Notes: generated by a model not told the origin, from the letters alone. A stretch of DNA of 64,000 bases from an uncultured bacterium (GCA_963705505.1 CAVPJU010000006.1:480001-544000); one strand, 5' to 3'; positions 19,050 to 29,014 are shown, numbered from the stretch's first letter. Program-made: numbers and translations.

Positions 19050-19217
19050 TCAGAAAGACTGCCCGATCTTGTAGCCTAACCAGATGCCGGCGATTCCGCC
19101 GATAAAAGAAAAAACGATAGCGGACATTGAAAATATCCCGGCTCCCCATAATTCAGGAACAAGGCCTCCTACGGTCGAACCGACGAATAACCCCATCCAG
19201 ATAAGTGATCGAGTCAT
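19050..19217 (-). CDS. Small two-helix glycine-rich membrane protein (55 aa, below ORF-track cutoff)
   Basis: Manual translation MTRSLIWMGLFVGSTVGGLVPELWGAGIFSMSAIVFSFIGGIAGIWLGYKIGQSF* with GxxxG patterns. Confidence 0.7.
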   Translation of the reverse strand: MTRSLIWMGLFVGSTVGGLVPELWGAGIFSMSAIVFSFIGGIAGIWLGYKIGQSF

Positions 19218-19413
19218 TATGTGATTAAGAATACTGCAAATCTGGTATATAGGCCTAATTAGTCCAACCCTCTTAAACTATGGTCCATCCCGGATCGGGA
19301 TTCGATTTTCCCGAACCTAGCCGCCGCAAAGGGGATAATTAATTGACTCGATATTTGATATATATTATTATTTCTACGGCATTCCATGATCAGCATAATG
19401 AGTAGTCAGGAGG

Positions 19414-20142
19414 ATGGCTATGAATAGCACTTTTAAACCCATGAGACTGATTCTGTATTTATACATCCTGATTGTGATATTGCCGGTAGTGTCATTCGGA
19501 GCTAGTCCTGCTACGGAAACCTTTGATAACGGTAACTTGGACGGGTGGGTGCCTAATACAATACACACAGTTGTTACGGGTGAGATAGCAGGGGGAAACC
19601 CGGGCGGGTTTTTGAGCAGTCTGGCGGATAGTAATGTTTTTGGAGGTGTTGTGGGAGCTGATAATGTGTTCCAACCCTGGGTTGGCGATTATGCGGCTGC
19701 CGGGATAAATTTCATTGCTGTCGATTTGAAATTTTTTCAAACAATACAGGATCCCAGAGTCCGTTTTCGGAGGTCCATCTCTGAAAATGGGTGGAATTTC
19801 GTCCTGACCCCGACGGGCAGTCAGAGCAACGATTGGGAACACTTCGAAATTAATTTCGACCCGACATGGACTGATAAGGAAGCCACCGACAACGGATGGC
19901 AGCAGGAGCCATCCACCGGAAGCTTCAGCGAAGTTATGTCAAGCGTCATAGACTTCGAGATAAGAGCTGACGGCGCGCCCGAAGACGTTCAAGCGCTTGG
20001 CGTAGATAACATTCAAATCGATAACGGCTCCCGGTTACCTCGTCCTATACCCACCCTTTCGGAATCAGGAATACTCCTGATGACGGCGCTTCTCGCTCTA
20101 GCCGCCGTAATATTTATGAAACGGCGTTCAATGGCAGTCTGA
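19414..20142 (+). CDS. Secreted protein with IPTL-CTERM sorting signal
   Basis: Signal peptide; beta-rich acidic domain; C-terminal PIPTLSESGILLMTALLALAAVIFMKRR (motif + TM + basic tail). Confidence 0.85.
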   Translation: MAMNSTFKPMRLILYLYILIVILPVVSFGASPATETFDNGNLDGWVPNTIHTVVTGEIAGGNPGGFLSSLADSNVFGGVVGADNVFQPWVGDYAAAGINFIAVDLKFFQTIQDPRVRFRRSISENGWNFVLTPTGSQSNDWEHFEINFDPTWTDKEATDNGWQQEPSTGSFSEVMSSVIDFEIRADGAPEDVQALGVDNIQIDNGSRLPRPIPTLSESGILLMTALLALAAVIFMKRRSMAV

Positions 20143-20361
20143 TTTTTGTACACAGATCTGCCCCACGTGAGTTGTACCACGGCAAGTGAGAGCTCCCGCT
20201 TCATTTATCATTCTCAAGCTTCTTTTAACGGGCAAATGGCTGACTCGATACTCCGGTATCTTTCCACAACCCTGATCCTGAAATATTGTTTCTTAATCCG
20301 ATGTGTTATTATCTAAATTTGGTGTTTGACTTGAGAAATATCTCAGAAGGGGGGACACGAA

Positions 20362-20766
20362 ATGAGGGGTAAATACGTAGCAGGCGCAACAGTTATTTTT
20401 CTTCTATTAGCGGCTCTGAGTTCCCAGGCGGCCTCGAACTTAAACTTATCCAAAAGCAACATAAACAGGCTCATATACCCGGCGGATACCGTGAGCTCGG
20501 CGCAGGCGGCGGCTATACTCGCAGACCTCGATGCCGCTACGCAGCAGAGCCAGGGACGGATTAATCTCGAAGGGGCGGTGAATGAGGCTTTGACGAAGCA
20601 GGGGCTAGAGACAAAGATTAAAAAGATAATCATTAAGCCTGCGAGCGCTGCCGGTCAGCTGACCACGATCATAATACTCTCAAACCCCGCAGACGAGGCG
20701 CAGGCGATTGCCGTTTCAGACGAAGGCGTGCCGGCGAACAAGCCGAAGAAGGGGTCGACGAAGTAG
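20362..20766 (+). CDS. Hypothetical secreted protein
   Basis: SD AGGGGG, signal peptide ending SQA-A, 134 aa. Confidence 0.75.
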   Translation: MRGKYVAGATVIFLLLAALSSQAASNLNLSKSNINRLIYPADTVSSAQAAAILADLDAATQQSQGRINLEGAVNEALTKQGLETKIKKIIIKPASAAGQLTTIIILSNPADEAQAIAVSDEGVPANKPKKGSTK

Positions 20767-20839
20767 AACCGGGGCTCACGTTCGGATTAAATCACCGGAG
20801 AAAAGGTTCTTCACTGATGAAGAGCGGGAAGCCTTCACT

Positions 20840-22399
20840 TCACGCGGTCTGGACTTTTTTCTCCCTCTTTTCCATCTCGGACTTGAGATAGGCGTACGGG
20901 TCGTGGTATATAGCGCCTTCCGGCAGGTATTCCCACAGCGGGCCGAGGTCTTTTTTAATCATGTCTATATAGAACTGAGGTATCTCGGTAGTCTCTCCCT
21001 CGAAAAACGCCCTGAACCTCACGTCTTCGTCGAGGAACTTCCTTATCTTACGGTAGTACCGGAGCCTCCCGAAGCCTTCTGTAGATACTGCCCGCATAAG
21101 GTTCATCCACCTGGGTATCCTCGAGGTCGTCGCCTGGAAGCGGTTATAGATCGAGCGCCAGGAGTACGAATATTCCGCGAGACTGATGAGGAGGTCGTAG
21201 AATTCGGGCCACGAATAGTTCTTGGGCTTCACGTTCGAGGCGTGACTGTTGTTGAGAAAATGGAACGGGAACGGAAGGACCCGGTTCTCGCTCTGATATT
21301 CGAGGTTCAAGGGGGCGGCCCGTCCGAACGCGGTTATAAGCGGATACGCCGGAAATGCGGCGGGCGCGAGATCGACAAATTTTTTCGTAAGCTCGAACGA
21401 TTCGGCGCCTTGATCGCTGTCGAGTCCGACTACGAAGTTTGTTTGTATGTATGGAATATGGCTTAATATCATATTTACATGCTCGGAGACGACCTTTACT
21501 TTCTCCATCCCCTGCTTGGCTCCGGTCTTCGACTTGTTCCCCATGTCGAACCAGGATTCGATACCGGGCAGCAGAGCTTTGAACCCGTTCTTTTGGAGGC
21601 GTTTCAAGTGCGGCTCCGAAAGCAGAGAGAGACTGCTTTCCGCAATGAAGTCTATACTGTTTATAGGCACCGCGTCTTCTATGGCGTCCATGTAATCGTC
21701 GAACCTGACTCCGAAATTGGGGTCATACCAGCTCACGAGGGGACGTTTTATTTTCGTCAGAACAAACCTGAGATCGTCTTTTATCACTTCAAAATCGAGC
21801 GGCTGATAGGGCTGGCTCGCATCTATGCAGAAGCTGCACGTGTACGGGCAGCCGAGGCTGCCTATCATGGGTACGACTCTGAAAAGGAAGGTCGTTTTCT
21901 CAAGCGCTTTCGATATATACTTCCAGCGCTCCCTGACTCCGGGTAGGTGTTTCGGTGAGCTCTTCGCGGATAGGTACATGCCGATAGGCCTGTATTGCGA
22001 ACAGTCCTGAAGCACGTCCCGGCACAGCTCCTCGTCCGTGAGACCGAGTACGTAGTCAAAGTATTTAACTGCGTCTTCCGGATAGCAGCGGGCGTGTGGG
22101 CCTCCGAGGACGGTGATGACCCCTTCACGCCTGTATTTGCCGCTGAGGGCGTAAGCCTGAATCGCTGACTGCGTGAAAGCGCTTATGAAAACCATGTCCA
22201 CGTCTTGAGGCACATCCCTGGAGAGGTCTTCGAGACCGGTAAATATAAAGTATGTGACTTCATGCCCCGAATCTTCACACCACTTGGCGATAACCTGGGG
22301 CATTATACCCATGAAGTTAGCGTGCATTATACGTGCAAAGATTGAATGGTTAGGGGATTTTGTTATAAAATCGACTACTCCGATTTTGAGTTTTCGCAT
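20840..22399 (-). CDS. Radical SAM protein with N-terminal cobalamin-binding-like domain
   Basis: CPYTCSFC (CxxxCxxC); N-terminal VFISAFT...TVLGGPHA. Confidence 0.88.
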   Translation of the reverse strand: MRKLKIGVVDFITKSPNHSIFARIMHANFMGIMPQVIAKWCEDSGHEVTYFIFTGLEDLSRDVPQDVDMVFISAFTQSAIQAYALSGKYRREGVITVLGGPHARCYPEDAVKYFDYVLGLTDEELCRDVLQDCSQYRPIGMYLSAKSSPKHLPGVRERWKYISKALEKTTFLFRVVPMIGSLGCPYTCSFCIDASQPYQPLDFEVIKDDLRFVLTKIKRPLVSWYDPNFGVRFDDYMDAIEDAVPINSIDFIAESSLSLLSEPHLKRLQKNGFKALLPGIESWFDMGNKSKTGAKQGMEKVKVVSEHVNMILSHIPYIQTNFVVGLDSDQGAESFELTKKFVDLAPAAFPAYPLITAFGRAAPLNLEYQSENRVLPFPFHFLNNSHASNVKPKNYSWPEFYDLLISLAEYSYSWRSIYNRFQATTSRIPRWMNLMRAVSTEGFGRLRYYRKIRKFLDEDVRFRAFFEGETTEIPQFYIDMIKKDLGPLWEYLPEGAIYHDPYAYLKSEMEKREKKVQTA

Positions 22400-22775
22400 G
22401 TAGCTCCGGATTAAACGTTCTTAGTAGGTCCCATCTGGTTTTAATCAGGAATGGAATAAATTCAGAAAGGTCTACTCGATTTTTTTTGTAACAGACCTTA
22501 TGTAAAGAGCCAGATTAATTATCGAAACTTCTATATCACCCACAAAAATTACAAACACAATACCCTAAATACCCTTATAAATCAAACTGTATCGGACAAT
22601 GTCGCTCAGCCCGCGGGGTTTCGGCCTCTCCAACAAACATTGAAGACTGAAAAATCAGGTTTATTACATTTTTGTAATGTTTTAATATGTCTGAAGAGAA
22701 TCTTTTACCGGCGTAGAGTTAATTATGACATTCACCGGCGGATTATCCCGGATAGAAGGAGGAGTGGGTACTAAA

Positions 22776-23267
22776 ATGGTTCGAAATAACATGGTTCGGC
22801 TGATTGTTCTGTGTGTGTTGCCGGGTCTTATTCCCTGGGCGTCTTATGCCGCTGATTCCGTCACTGATTCATCTGAATATGCGAGGAAGGAAGTCCGCGC
22901 GGCTCTCGATAAATGGACCAGGGACTTCAACGATAAAAATACGGACGAGGTATGCGGACTGTTCGCGCCTGATTTGATCGCGAATTACGGGGACTACCCG
23001 GAGAAAAGCTACGACTCCATATGCGCGCAGCTTAAATCGTCTCTCGCTAACCCCAAGATGACGTTCCGTTATTCGCTTGAAATAAAGGAGATTATAGTCT
23101 CGGGGGATCTCGCGGTCGTGAGACTGATCTGGACACTTACAGTCACCGATGCCGATAATAAGGCGGTGGAGACGACGAAGGACAGGGGGATCGACGTATT
23201 CAGGCGGCAGGCGGACGGGAGCTGGAAGATATCGCGGTATATTGCATATCCGATGAAAGAGAGCTAA
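22776..23267 (+). CDS. Secreted NTF2/SnoaL-like (DUF4440-type) protein
   Basis: Signal peptide, EIIVSGDLAVVRLIWTL and DRGIDVFRRQADGSWKI; start uncertain (22725/22776/22791). Confidence 0.82.
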   Translation: MVRNNMVRLIVLCVLPGLIPWASYAADSVTDSSEYARKEVRAALDKWTRDFNDKNTDEVCGLFAPDLIANYGDYPEKSYDSICAQLKSSLANPKMTFRYSLEIKEIIVSGDLAVVRLIWTLTVTDADNKAVETTKDRGIDVFRRQADGSWKISRYIAYPMKES

Positions 23268-23693
23268 CTCCGCTTTCAGGTATACAGTTGTAAGAGCTGC
23301 ATCTATTATAAAACTCCCCGCAGCGGACGGGCCGCCGCGGGGTTTGCCAGTCAATTAATTCTTATCGTCTGAAGTCCATTCGTTTACTACCACCTACCGG
23401 GGATATTCGAAGCTCCCCTGCGTCCATACAGCCCAGTCGGGCGCCGAAGACGTAGCTATCCTTAATCTTGGGGTTTATAGCCGGGAATTCCGTGGTTCAG
23501 TCGAGGGAAGGGATAAATCTCAAGCAAGCATTGACCACCCTCCAATCCTCCTTTATTCAATCGAAGAAAGGTCAATCCGCTACACCACCTATTCTTATCG
23601 ATTTTCACGCATATGTCAAGACACTTTATCTTGCCGCTCATGCGCCCCTGAGATGGCGAAGGGGTCAGAGCGTTTTATGAGGCGGGGTTTGAA

Positions 23694-24299
23694 TTATCGA
23701 GACGCTTTTTCGCAGATATAGATGAATGCTGGCGGGATGTTGCTCCATACCGTCCTGCTCGTTTTGACTTTGTCGAACTTGGCGTAGAGCTTCTTTTTAA
23801 ATCTCCATGCCGAGGGGGCGACGATCCCCAGTACGTAAGCATAAGTCAGAAATATACCCCCCGGTTTTAACACGTCGTAGATCGAATCGAGTATGAGCTG
23901 CTGAGTCTCTCCCTTGAAGGTCGACCAGGGCAGGCTGCTTATGATCCTGTCGCAGCCGCTTTCTCCGTGGAGCTCCAGGTGTTTCATGACGTTTTCCGCG
24001 GAAGACTGGTAAACCAGCGCATCGGGACACCTTCTTTTCGTAGCTTCGACGAAGGCCGGGTTTATCTCCAGCGCAAAAAATGTGGTATTGTCGGCTTTTT
24101 TCGCCATTATTCTCTCGGTTATTACGCCTGTCCCCGAGCCAAGCTCGATGACGGTCGAAACGTTCGGGAGGTCGGCCGTGTCAGTCATAAGATCGCATAG
24201 CTTGTCGCTCGAAGGAAGAATTGCTCCCGTCCGCGTAGGGTGGATAATGAATTGGGTAAAGAATTTAAGATTATATTCCAGCTCCGTTTCGGCGCTCAT
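23694..24299 (-). CDS. Class I SAM-dependent methyltransferase, PmtA-like phospholipid N-methyltransferase family
   Basis: TGAILPSS, VIELGSGTGVIT, IISSLPW, VWSNIPPAFIY motifs. Confidence 0.85.
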   Translation of the reverse strand: MSAETELEYNLKFFTQFIIHPTRTGAILPSSDKLCDLMTDTADLPNVSTVIELGSGTGVITERIMAKKADNTTFFALEINPAFVEATKRRCPDALVYQSSAENVMKHLELHGESGCDRIISSLPWSTFKGETQQLILDSIYDVLKPGGIFLTYAYVLGIVAPSAWRFKKKLYAKFDKVKTSRTVWSNIPPAFIYICEKASR

Positions 24300-24468
24300 G
24301 TTATCTCTTCTCATTGTATAGGGTCCCATACCGCTGCAAAATCGTAATAAGGGTGACTATTAACGTTATGCAACTGTTCTTTTTATAAGCCATTTTTATA
24401 CATCGTTTAATAGAAAAAGTCAATTTTTACTGTGAATTGGTGTTATTTTTGAAGGAGCCGAACCTCTT

Positions 24469-24497
24469 TTGACAAATTGTTGTTGTATAATTACAAT
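24469..24497 (+). promoter_or_regulatory. sigma70 promoter of the MlaF-like gene
   Basis: TTGACA-N17-TACAAT. Confidence 0.7.
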
Positions 24498-24569
24498 CCC
24501 AGCATGATTCTCTTAGAATATAATTACCATTTGTGATTAATCAACATATTTTAAAACGGCGGATATTGG

Positions 24570-25325
24570 ATGCAGGATGAAATAATTATTGATCTAAAGG
24601 ATGTTTATAAGGCTTTCGGCCCCAAGGAAGTCCATATGGGGCTCACGCTGTCCATAAAGAAGGGAGAGAATATCACGGTGCTCGGCGGGAGCGGCTCGGG
24701 GAAGAGCGTTTTGCTCAAGGAAATCACGGGGCTGCTGAAGCCCGACTCGGGCGATGTCATTGTGGAAGGTGAAAGCATAATACCGCTCGAAGAGAGCGAG
24801 CTCGTTCACGTGAGGAAGAAGATGGGGATGCTTTTTCAGGGGGCCGCGCTTTTCGATTCCATGACGGTCGAAGAGAATATTGCTTATCCGCTGAGAGAAA
24901 ATACAAAGCTGCCTGAGAACGAGATCAAAGAGGTGGTCGCCAAAAACCTCGAGCTCGTCGGGCTGCCCGGTATCGAGGATAAAATGCCTGCCGACCTGAG
25001 CGGCGGTATGAAAAAGAGGGTCGGACTCGCGAGGGCGATGGCGATAAACCCTCAGATTCTTCTCTATGACGAGCCGACTACGGGACTCGACCCGCCCAAT
25101 ATAAGCAGGATTAACCAGCTGATCAGGGATATGCAGGCACAGTTCGGTATAACGGCGGTGATTATCACGCACGACGTCAAGAGTGCGTTCCAAATATCGG
25201 ACAGGATAGCGTTTCTTCATCACGGGAAGATAATATTTACCGGGACTGTGGAAGAAGCGGAGAAAACCGATATAGAAATCCTGAGCGACTTTATTAACGG
25301 AAGGATGAGCGGGGCGGACGAATAG
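24570..25325 (+). CDS. MlaF/Mkl-family ABC transporter ATP-binding protein
   Basis: GGSGSGKS, LFQGAALFDSMTVEENIA, LSGGMKKRVGLARA, YDEPTTGLDP. Confidence 0.92.
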   Translation: MQDEIIIDLKDVYKAFGPKEVHMGLTLSIKKGENITVLGGSGSGKSVLLKEITGLLKPDSGDVIVEGESIIPLEESELVHVRKKMGMLFQGAALFDSMTVEENIAYPLRENTKLPENEIKEVVAKNLELVGLPGIEDKMPADLSGGMKKRVGLARAMAINPQILLYDEPTTGLDPPNISRINQLIRDMQAQFGITAVIITHDVKSAFQISDRIAFLHHGKIIFTGTVEEAEKTDIEILSDFINGRMSGADE

Positions 25326-25357
25326 TTAAAAGCCTCGAAGACGGAGGCGGGTTCTGG

Positions 25358-25834
25358 CTAGTAATCGCTTTCCGCTGCATCGATCCCCTCGACTCCGATA
25401 ATCTTCCAGCCGCCGAGCCCTGACTTCTTGAGTGTGACCGTGATGTTGTCGGGCGCATCCTCATCCCCTATGAGTTTATAAGGAATACCCGATTTGAGTC
25501 CCGTCACGACGACGTCAAGATTGGCCGCAGCCTCTTTTTCCCCGTACTCGTTTTCGCTGAAAGCGACCGAAAGGTCCGAGTAAGAGGCTTCTATGCTGTC
25601 GTACTTTTCAAATGCGCTCCCGATGATGTTTTTAACGACCGGGTAGCCTGCACCGTATTCGTCCTTATACTGAATAGAGAAGTGCTCGGAGATAGCGTCC
25701 GGGTCCTTTTTCCCCGCGGCTTCTATAACTTCATTGAATACCGATTCTATCTCCCGTGTATCGTCCCCGCGCGGAAAGAAAAAATAGATCAGGATCGCAG
25801 CCAGTATGACAAGAGGGATTATATATCTCGACAC
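25358..25834 (-). CDS. Hypothetical membrane-anchored NTF2-like protein
   Basis: N-terminal TM and GGWKI C-terminal strand; directly downstream of comEC. Confidence 0.7.
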   Translation of the reverse strand: MSRYIIPLVILAAILIYFFFPRGDDTREIESVFNEVIEAAGKKDPDAISEHFSIQYKDEYGAGYPVVKNIIGSAFEKYDSIEASYSDLSVAFSENEYGEKEAAANLDVVVTGLKSGIPYKLIGDEDAPDNITVTLKKSGLGGWKIIGVEGIDAAESDY

Positions 25835-25843
25835 ACCGAAAGT

Positions 25844-28243
25844 TTACTGCAAGTTCACGGTCTCTTCACCGGTATAGGTTTTAACGCTTAAATCCAGACC
25901 GTCCGTACGGACCGTTACCGCTCCGTCTTTAGCGGTTTCAAAGAAGGTCATATTTGTTTTTAATATCTCAAGGGCGGGATCAATTTGTCGTGAGGAGGGG
26001 CCGAGTTCGTCAGTTACCAATACCTGAGGGGAGACTACGCGAAGGAATCCGGGAAAAGCGGCGTCCTTTTCGATATCCGTCATACTGAGGACATTACTCT
26101 TCAGTATTTCTCCATAAGCCCCGGTGAGCGCCGATTGCACCCCGGAGTCGTCGAGGTCTTCTCCCGTGAGAAAACTTTCGTCCTTATAACTAATCTTAAT
26201 GGCGAGCGGACGGGGCAGGGACGAATCCTTTATCACGAAATTCCCGCCCGGTTTCAATATTTCGAGCCTGCAGTCATCCTCCAATGAAACATCCACGATA
26301 TTCGTCAGGTCCTTCCATGCTATGCCGTCGTTCTTTATTATCTCCCAAAGCGCGCCCTCGAGCTTATCGCCGTTTGTGTAGATCGTTTTGACGTCGAAAT
26401 TCTCCAGCAGATATTTGGCTCCGCTCATGTGGTCTTTATCGGTCGAGGATAAAATCAGATAGTCGATTTTGCTTATTCCCGAATGGAGTAAAAATCTGCC
26501 GACTACGTTTCTTTCTATGTAGCCGTTCCTGTCGAGGTTCGAAAAGCCGCCGTCGATGAGAATGTTTTTGCCACTCGGCAGCTCGAAGAAAACTATGTTC
26601 CTGTTGTCTCCCGCGTCGAGGAAACTGACTATAAGCTCATGCCCGCCTGACTTTCTTATCACCGGGTACGCCGCGCTCGCTATAAATGCCAGTGCGAGCA
26701 GAGGGAGGAGGAACTTGAGCCTGCTGATCCTGCCCGTGAGTAAGACCGCTATGCCTAATGCTCCGAATAACGCCAGGCTCAGAACGCTCAGAGGGGGGAT
26801 TGTCAGCGACGAATAGGGAATTCGGAGTAACTTCTCTATTCCGAAAACCATCATGCGGATTAAAAATATATTGACCGAGATAACCGGCGACGCGATGTGC
26901 TCCGAGATCAGGAACGCAAGGAAAGAGAGGAGCCCCAGGGGGACGATCAGCAGCTCGACTAACGGCACGAATATCATGTTTGCGGGAATCGATACGACGG
27001 GCAGTATCCCGAATGAATTCAGTAATAAGGGCAGGGTTGAGAACGTGGCGGCGCAAGTGGTTTTTATCAGAGTCGCCGCCTTATCCCTGAGCGTGCCGAG
27101 CTTAAATGGAAAGAAAATATTGGCGAGCAGTATGCCGAGAACCGCCGCGAACGAAAGCTGGAACGAGAGCTCGAATAACGACCACGGGTGCCATAAGAGA
27201 ATTATGAACGCCGCGACGCCCAGGGTATTTATCTTGTTCTCATTCCTGCCGGCTATTATGGCCAGGAAGAAAACGGATATCATAATAAAAGCCCTGACCG
27301 CGGGCGTGCTGAAGCCCGCGACAACGGTATAGAAGAAAAGGGGAAGTATCGAGAGGGCAGCCGCAATTCTTACGACCTTGAAGCGGAGCATAAGGTACTC
27401 CGAGCGCTTGAGCAACCACTTGATGAGCAGAAAGAAAACCACGGCTACCGCACCCACGTGGAGCCCCGATACAGATAGGACGTGGGCTACGCCGGCCTTC
27501 GAGAATTCGGTCCTCACGTCCGGAGGTATGCCCCCTTCATCACCTATAGTAAGGGCGTTCAGTATCTCGTTTTCCGGCATGCGGAAATTCGTCCGCACAT
27601 AGTTTCCGTATCCGAGCCTCAGCCTGTCAAGCGCGTAGAATACAGGATTATATGAATCGTCCCGTCCGAACGAGATTATTTGTTTCTCTCCCTCTACGAA
27701 TCCTGCCGCGTAGATGCCCTGTCTCCCGTAATACTTTTTGACGTCAAAACCGCCCGGATTTCTGAAATTGCTTATCGGTCTCAGCTTTATGCCGATAAGG
27801 CGTATCCTGTCGCCGTAGGAGAGCGCCTGAGTATCGTCGGCTGTAGAAACCATGACTTTCCCTGAGACGGCGTTGAAAACACCGTCTTCAATTGCATACT
27901 CTGTTTTTAGAAAGAGTCTCGTCCCGTACCCGGTTTTTTCGGTGGACCTGTAAACCGTGCCTTCGAGGTCGATTTTTCTTCCGGCGAATGCCGATATATC
28001 CGTACCGGAAGATAAAAAAGGGCCGGCGCTGAAAAGAAGACCTATCGGAATGAATAAAAGGAATCTGAGGCGGGGAAAAAAGAGAGAGATTATTCCGGCG
28101 ACCGGGCTCGCGATTACGATTACCATCCACACGTTTTCTATGTATTCGTTTAGAAGGATTCCCACGGTTAAACCGAGGAGAGGGGGGAGTATTTTATACC
28201 TTGCCGGTAATTCCCGTAAGAAGCTCGTGAGCCGCGGTGTCAT
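25844..28243 (-). CDS. comEC: DNA uptake protein ComEC/Rec2
   Basis: OB domain with NPGGFD, GVAHVLSVSGLHV, SFQLSF, C-terminal metallo-beta-lactamase-like domain (ILIDGG, TAKDGAV). Confidence 0.92.
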   Translation of the reverse strand: MTPRLTSFLRELPARYKILPPLLGLTVGILLNEYIENVWMVIVIASPVAGIISLFFPRLRFLLFIPIGLLFSAGPFLSSGTDISAFAGRKIDLEGTVYRSTEKTGYGTRLFLKTEYAIEDGVFNAVSGKVMVSTADDTQALSYGDRIRLIGIKLRPISNFRNPGGFDVKKYYGRQGIYAAGFVEGEKQIISFGRDDSYNPVFYALDRLRLGYGNYVRTNFRMPENEILNALTIGDEGGIPPDVRTEFSKAGVAHVLSVSGLHVGAVAVVFFLLIKWLLKRSEYLMLRFKVVRIAAALSILPLFFYTVVAGFSTPAVRAFIMISVFFLAIIAGRNENKINTLGVAAFIILLWHPWSLFELSFQLSFAAVLGILLANIFFPFKLGTLRDKAATLIKTTCAATFSTLPLLLNSFGILPVVSIPANMIFVPLVELLIVPLGLLSFLAFLISEHIASPVISVNIFLIRMMVFGIEKLLRIPYSSLTIPPLSVLSLALFGALGIAVLLTGRISRLKFLLPLLALAFIASAAYPVIRKSGGHELIVSFLDAGDNRNIVFFELPSGKNILIDGGFSNLDRNGYIERNVVGRFLLHSGISKIDYLILSSTDKDHMSGAKYLLENFDVKTIYTNGDKLEGALWEIIKNDGIAWKDLTNIVDVSLEDDCRLEILKPGGNFVIKDSSLPRPLAIKISYKDESFLTGEDLDDSGVQSALTGAYGEILKSNVLSMTDIEKDAAFPGFLRVVSPQVLVTDELGPSSRQIDPALEILKTNMTFFETAKDGAVTVRTDGLDLSVKTYTGEETVNLQ

Positions 28244-28457
28244 TTCGTTTAGCAGAGTCCGGATACCGACTTTATTTGAATATTAATTATATGATGAAGA
28301 CGGGTATGTTCTCAAATGATTTTTGATTTAAATCGCTAATGAATTCTTTTCGCCGGAAGCCGTGATTTAGAGCGTAAATGCAGGGCTCTGAAAAAACGGC
28401 TGACTTAGAGATTCGGCTCTGAGTGCGCGGCGCGTGTTAAACAGAGCGTATGGGCGA

Positions 28458-28940
28458 TTAAGCCCGGGAGGATTTAACTAAAGCGACCGCGTAAGCCGCT
28501 ATGCCTTCACCCCTGCCCGTAAAGCCCATGCTGTCGGTGGTGGTTGCCTTGATGCCGAGCTCTTTTTCCGGGAGGCCCGTCGCTTGGGAGAGCTTCTTCT
28601 TTATTGCCGGGACGTGCGGAACGATCCTCGGCTTCTCGCATACGATAACGCTGTCGATGTTTTGAATTCCGTATCCTCTCTCCTTCAGGAGCTTGAGAAT
28701 ATCGCTCAAAAACACCAGGCTCGAAATGCCTTTATATTTTGGATCGGTGTCGGGGAAATGAGTGCCTATATCCCCCTCGCCCATCGCACCTAAAAGGGCG
28801 TCGCAGATCGCGTGAGTCAGCACGTCGGCGTCGGAGTGTCCCGTCAACCCGAGGTCAAACGGTATCTCGACACCGCCCAGTATCAGCTTCTTATCCGCCG
28901 TGAATTTGTGGGCGTCAAACCCGAACCCTACTCTGAACAT
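28458..28940 (-). CDS. ispF: 2-C-methyl-D-erythritol 2,4-cyclodiphosphate synthase
   Basis: GFGFDAH, GHSDADVLTHAICDALLGA, GDIGTHFP, KATTT...GFTGRGEG. Confidence 0.97.
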   Translation of the reverse strand: MFRVGFGFDAHKFTADKKLILGGVEIPFDLGLTGHSDADVLTHAICDALLGAMGEGDIGTHFPDTDPKYKGISSLVFLSDILKLLKERGYGIQNIDSVIVCEKPRIVPHVPAIKKKLSQATGLPEKELGIKATTTDSMGFTGRGEGIAAYAVALVKSSRA

Positions 28941-29014
28941 AATTTCGACCCGCAAGGGGATTAATCATAAATCAGTATAAATTTTTTGGAAGAGCATATT
29001 CGTTTTTATCCTGT

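Noticed and set aside
23355..23510. Possible minus-strand gene (EFPAINPKIKDSYVFG.PDWAVWTQGSFEYP)
   Set aside because: Broken by a frameshift and an in-frame stop, with no start; at most an unidentifiable remnant
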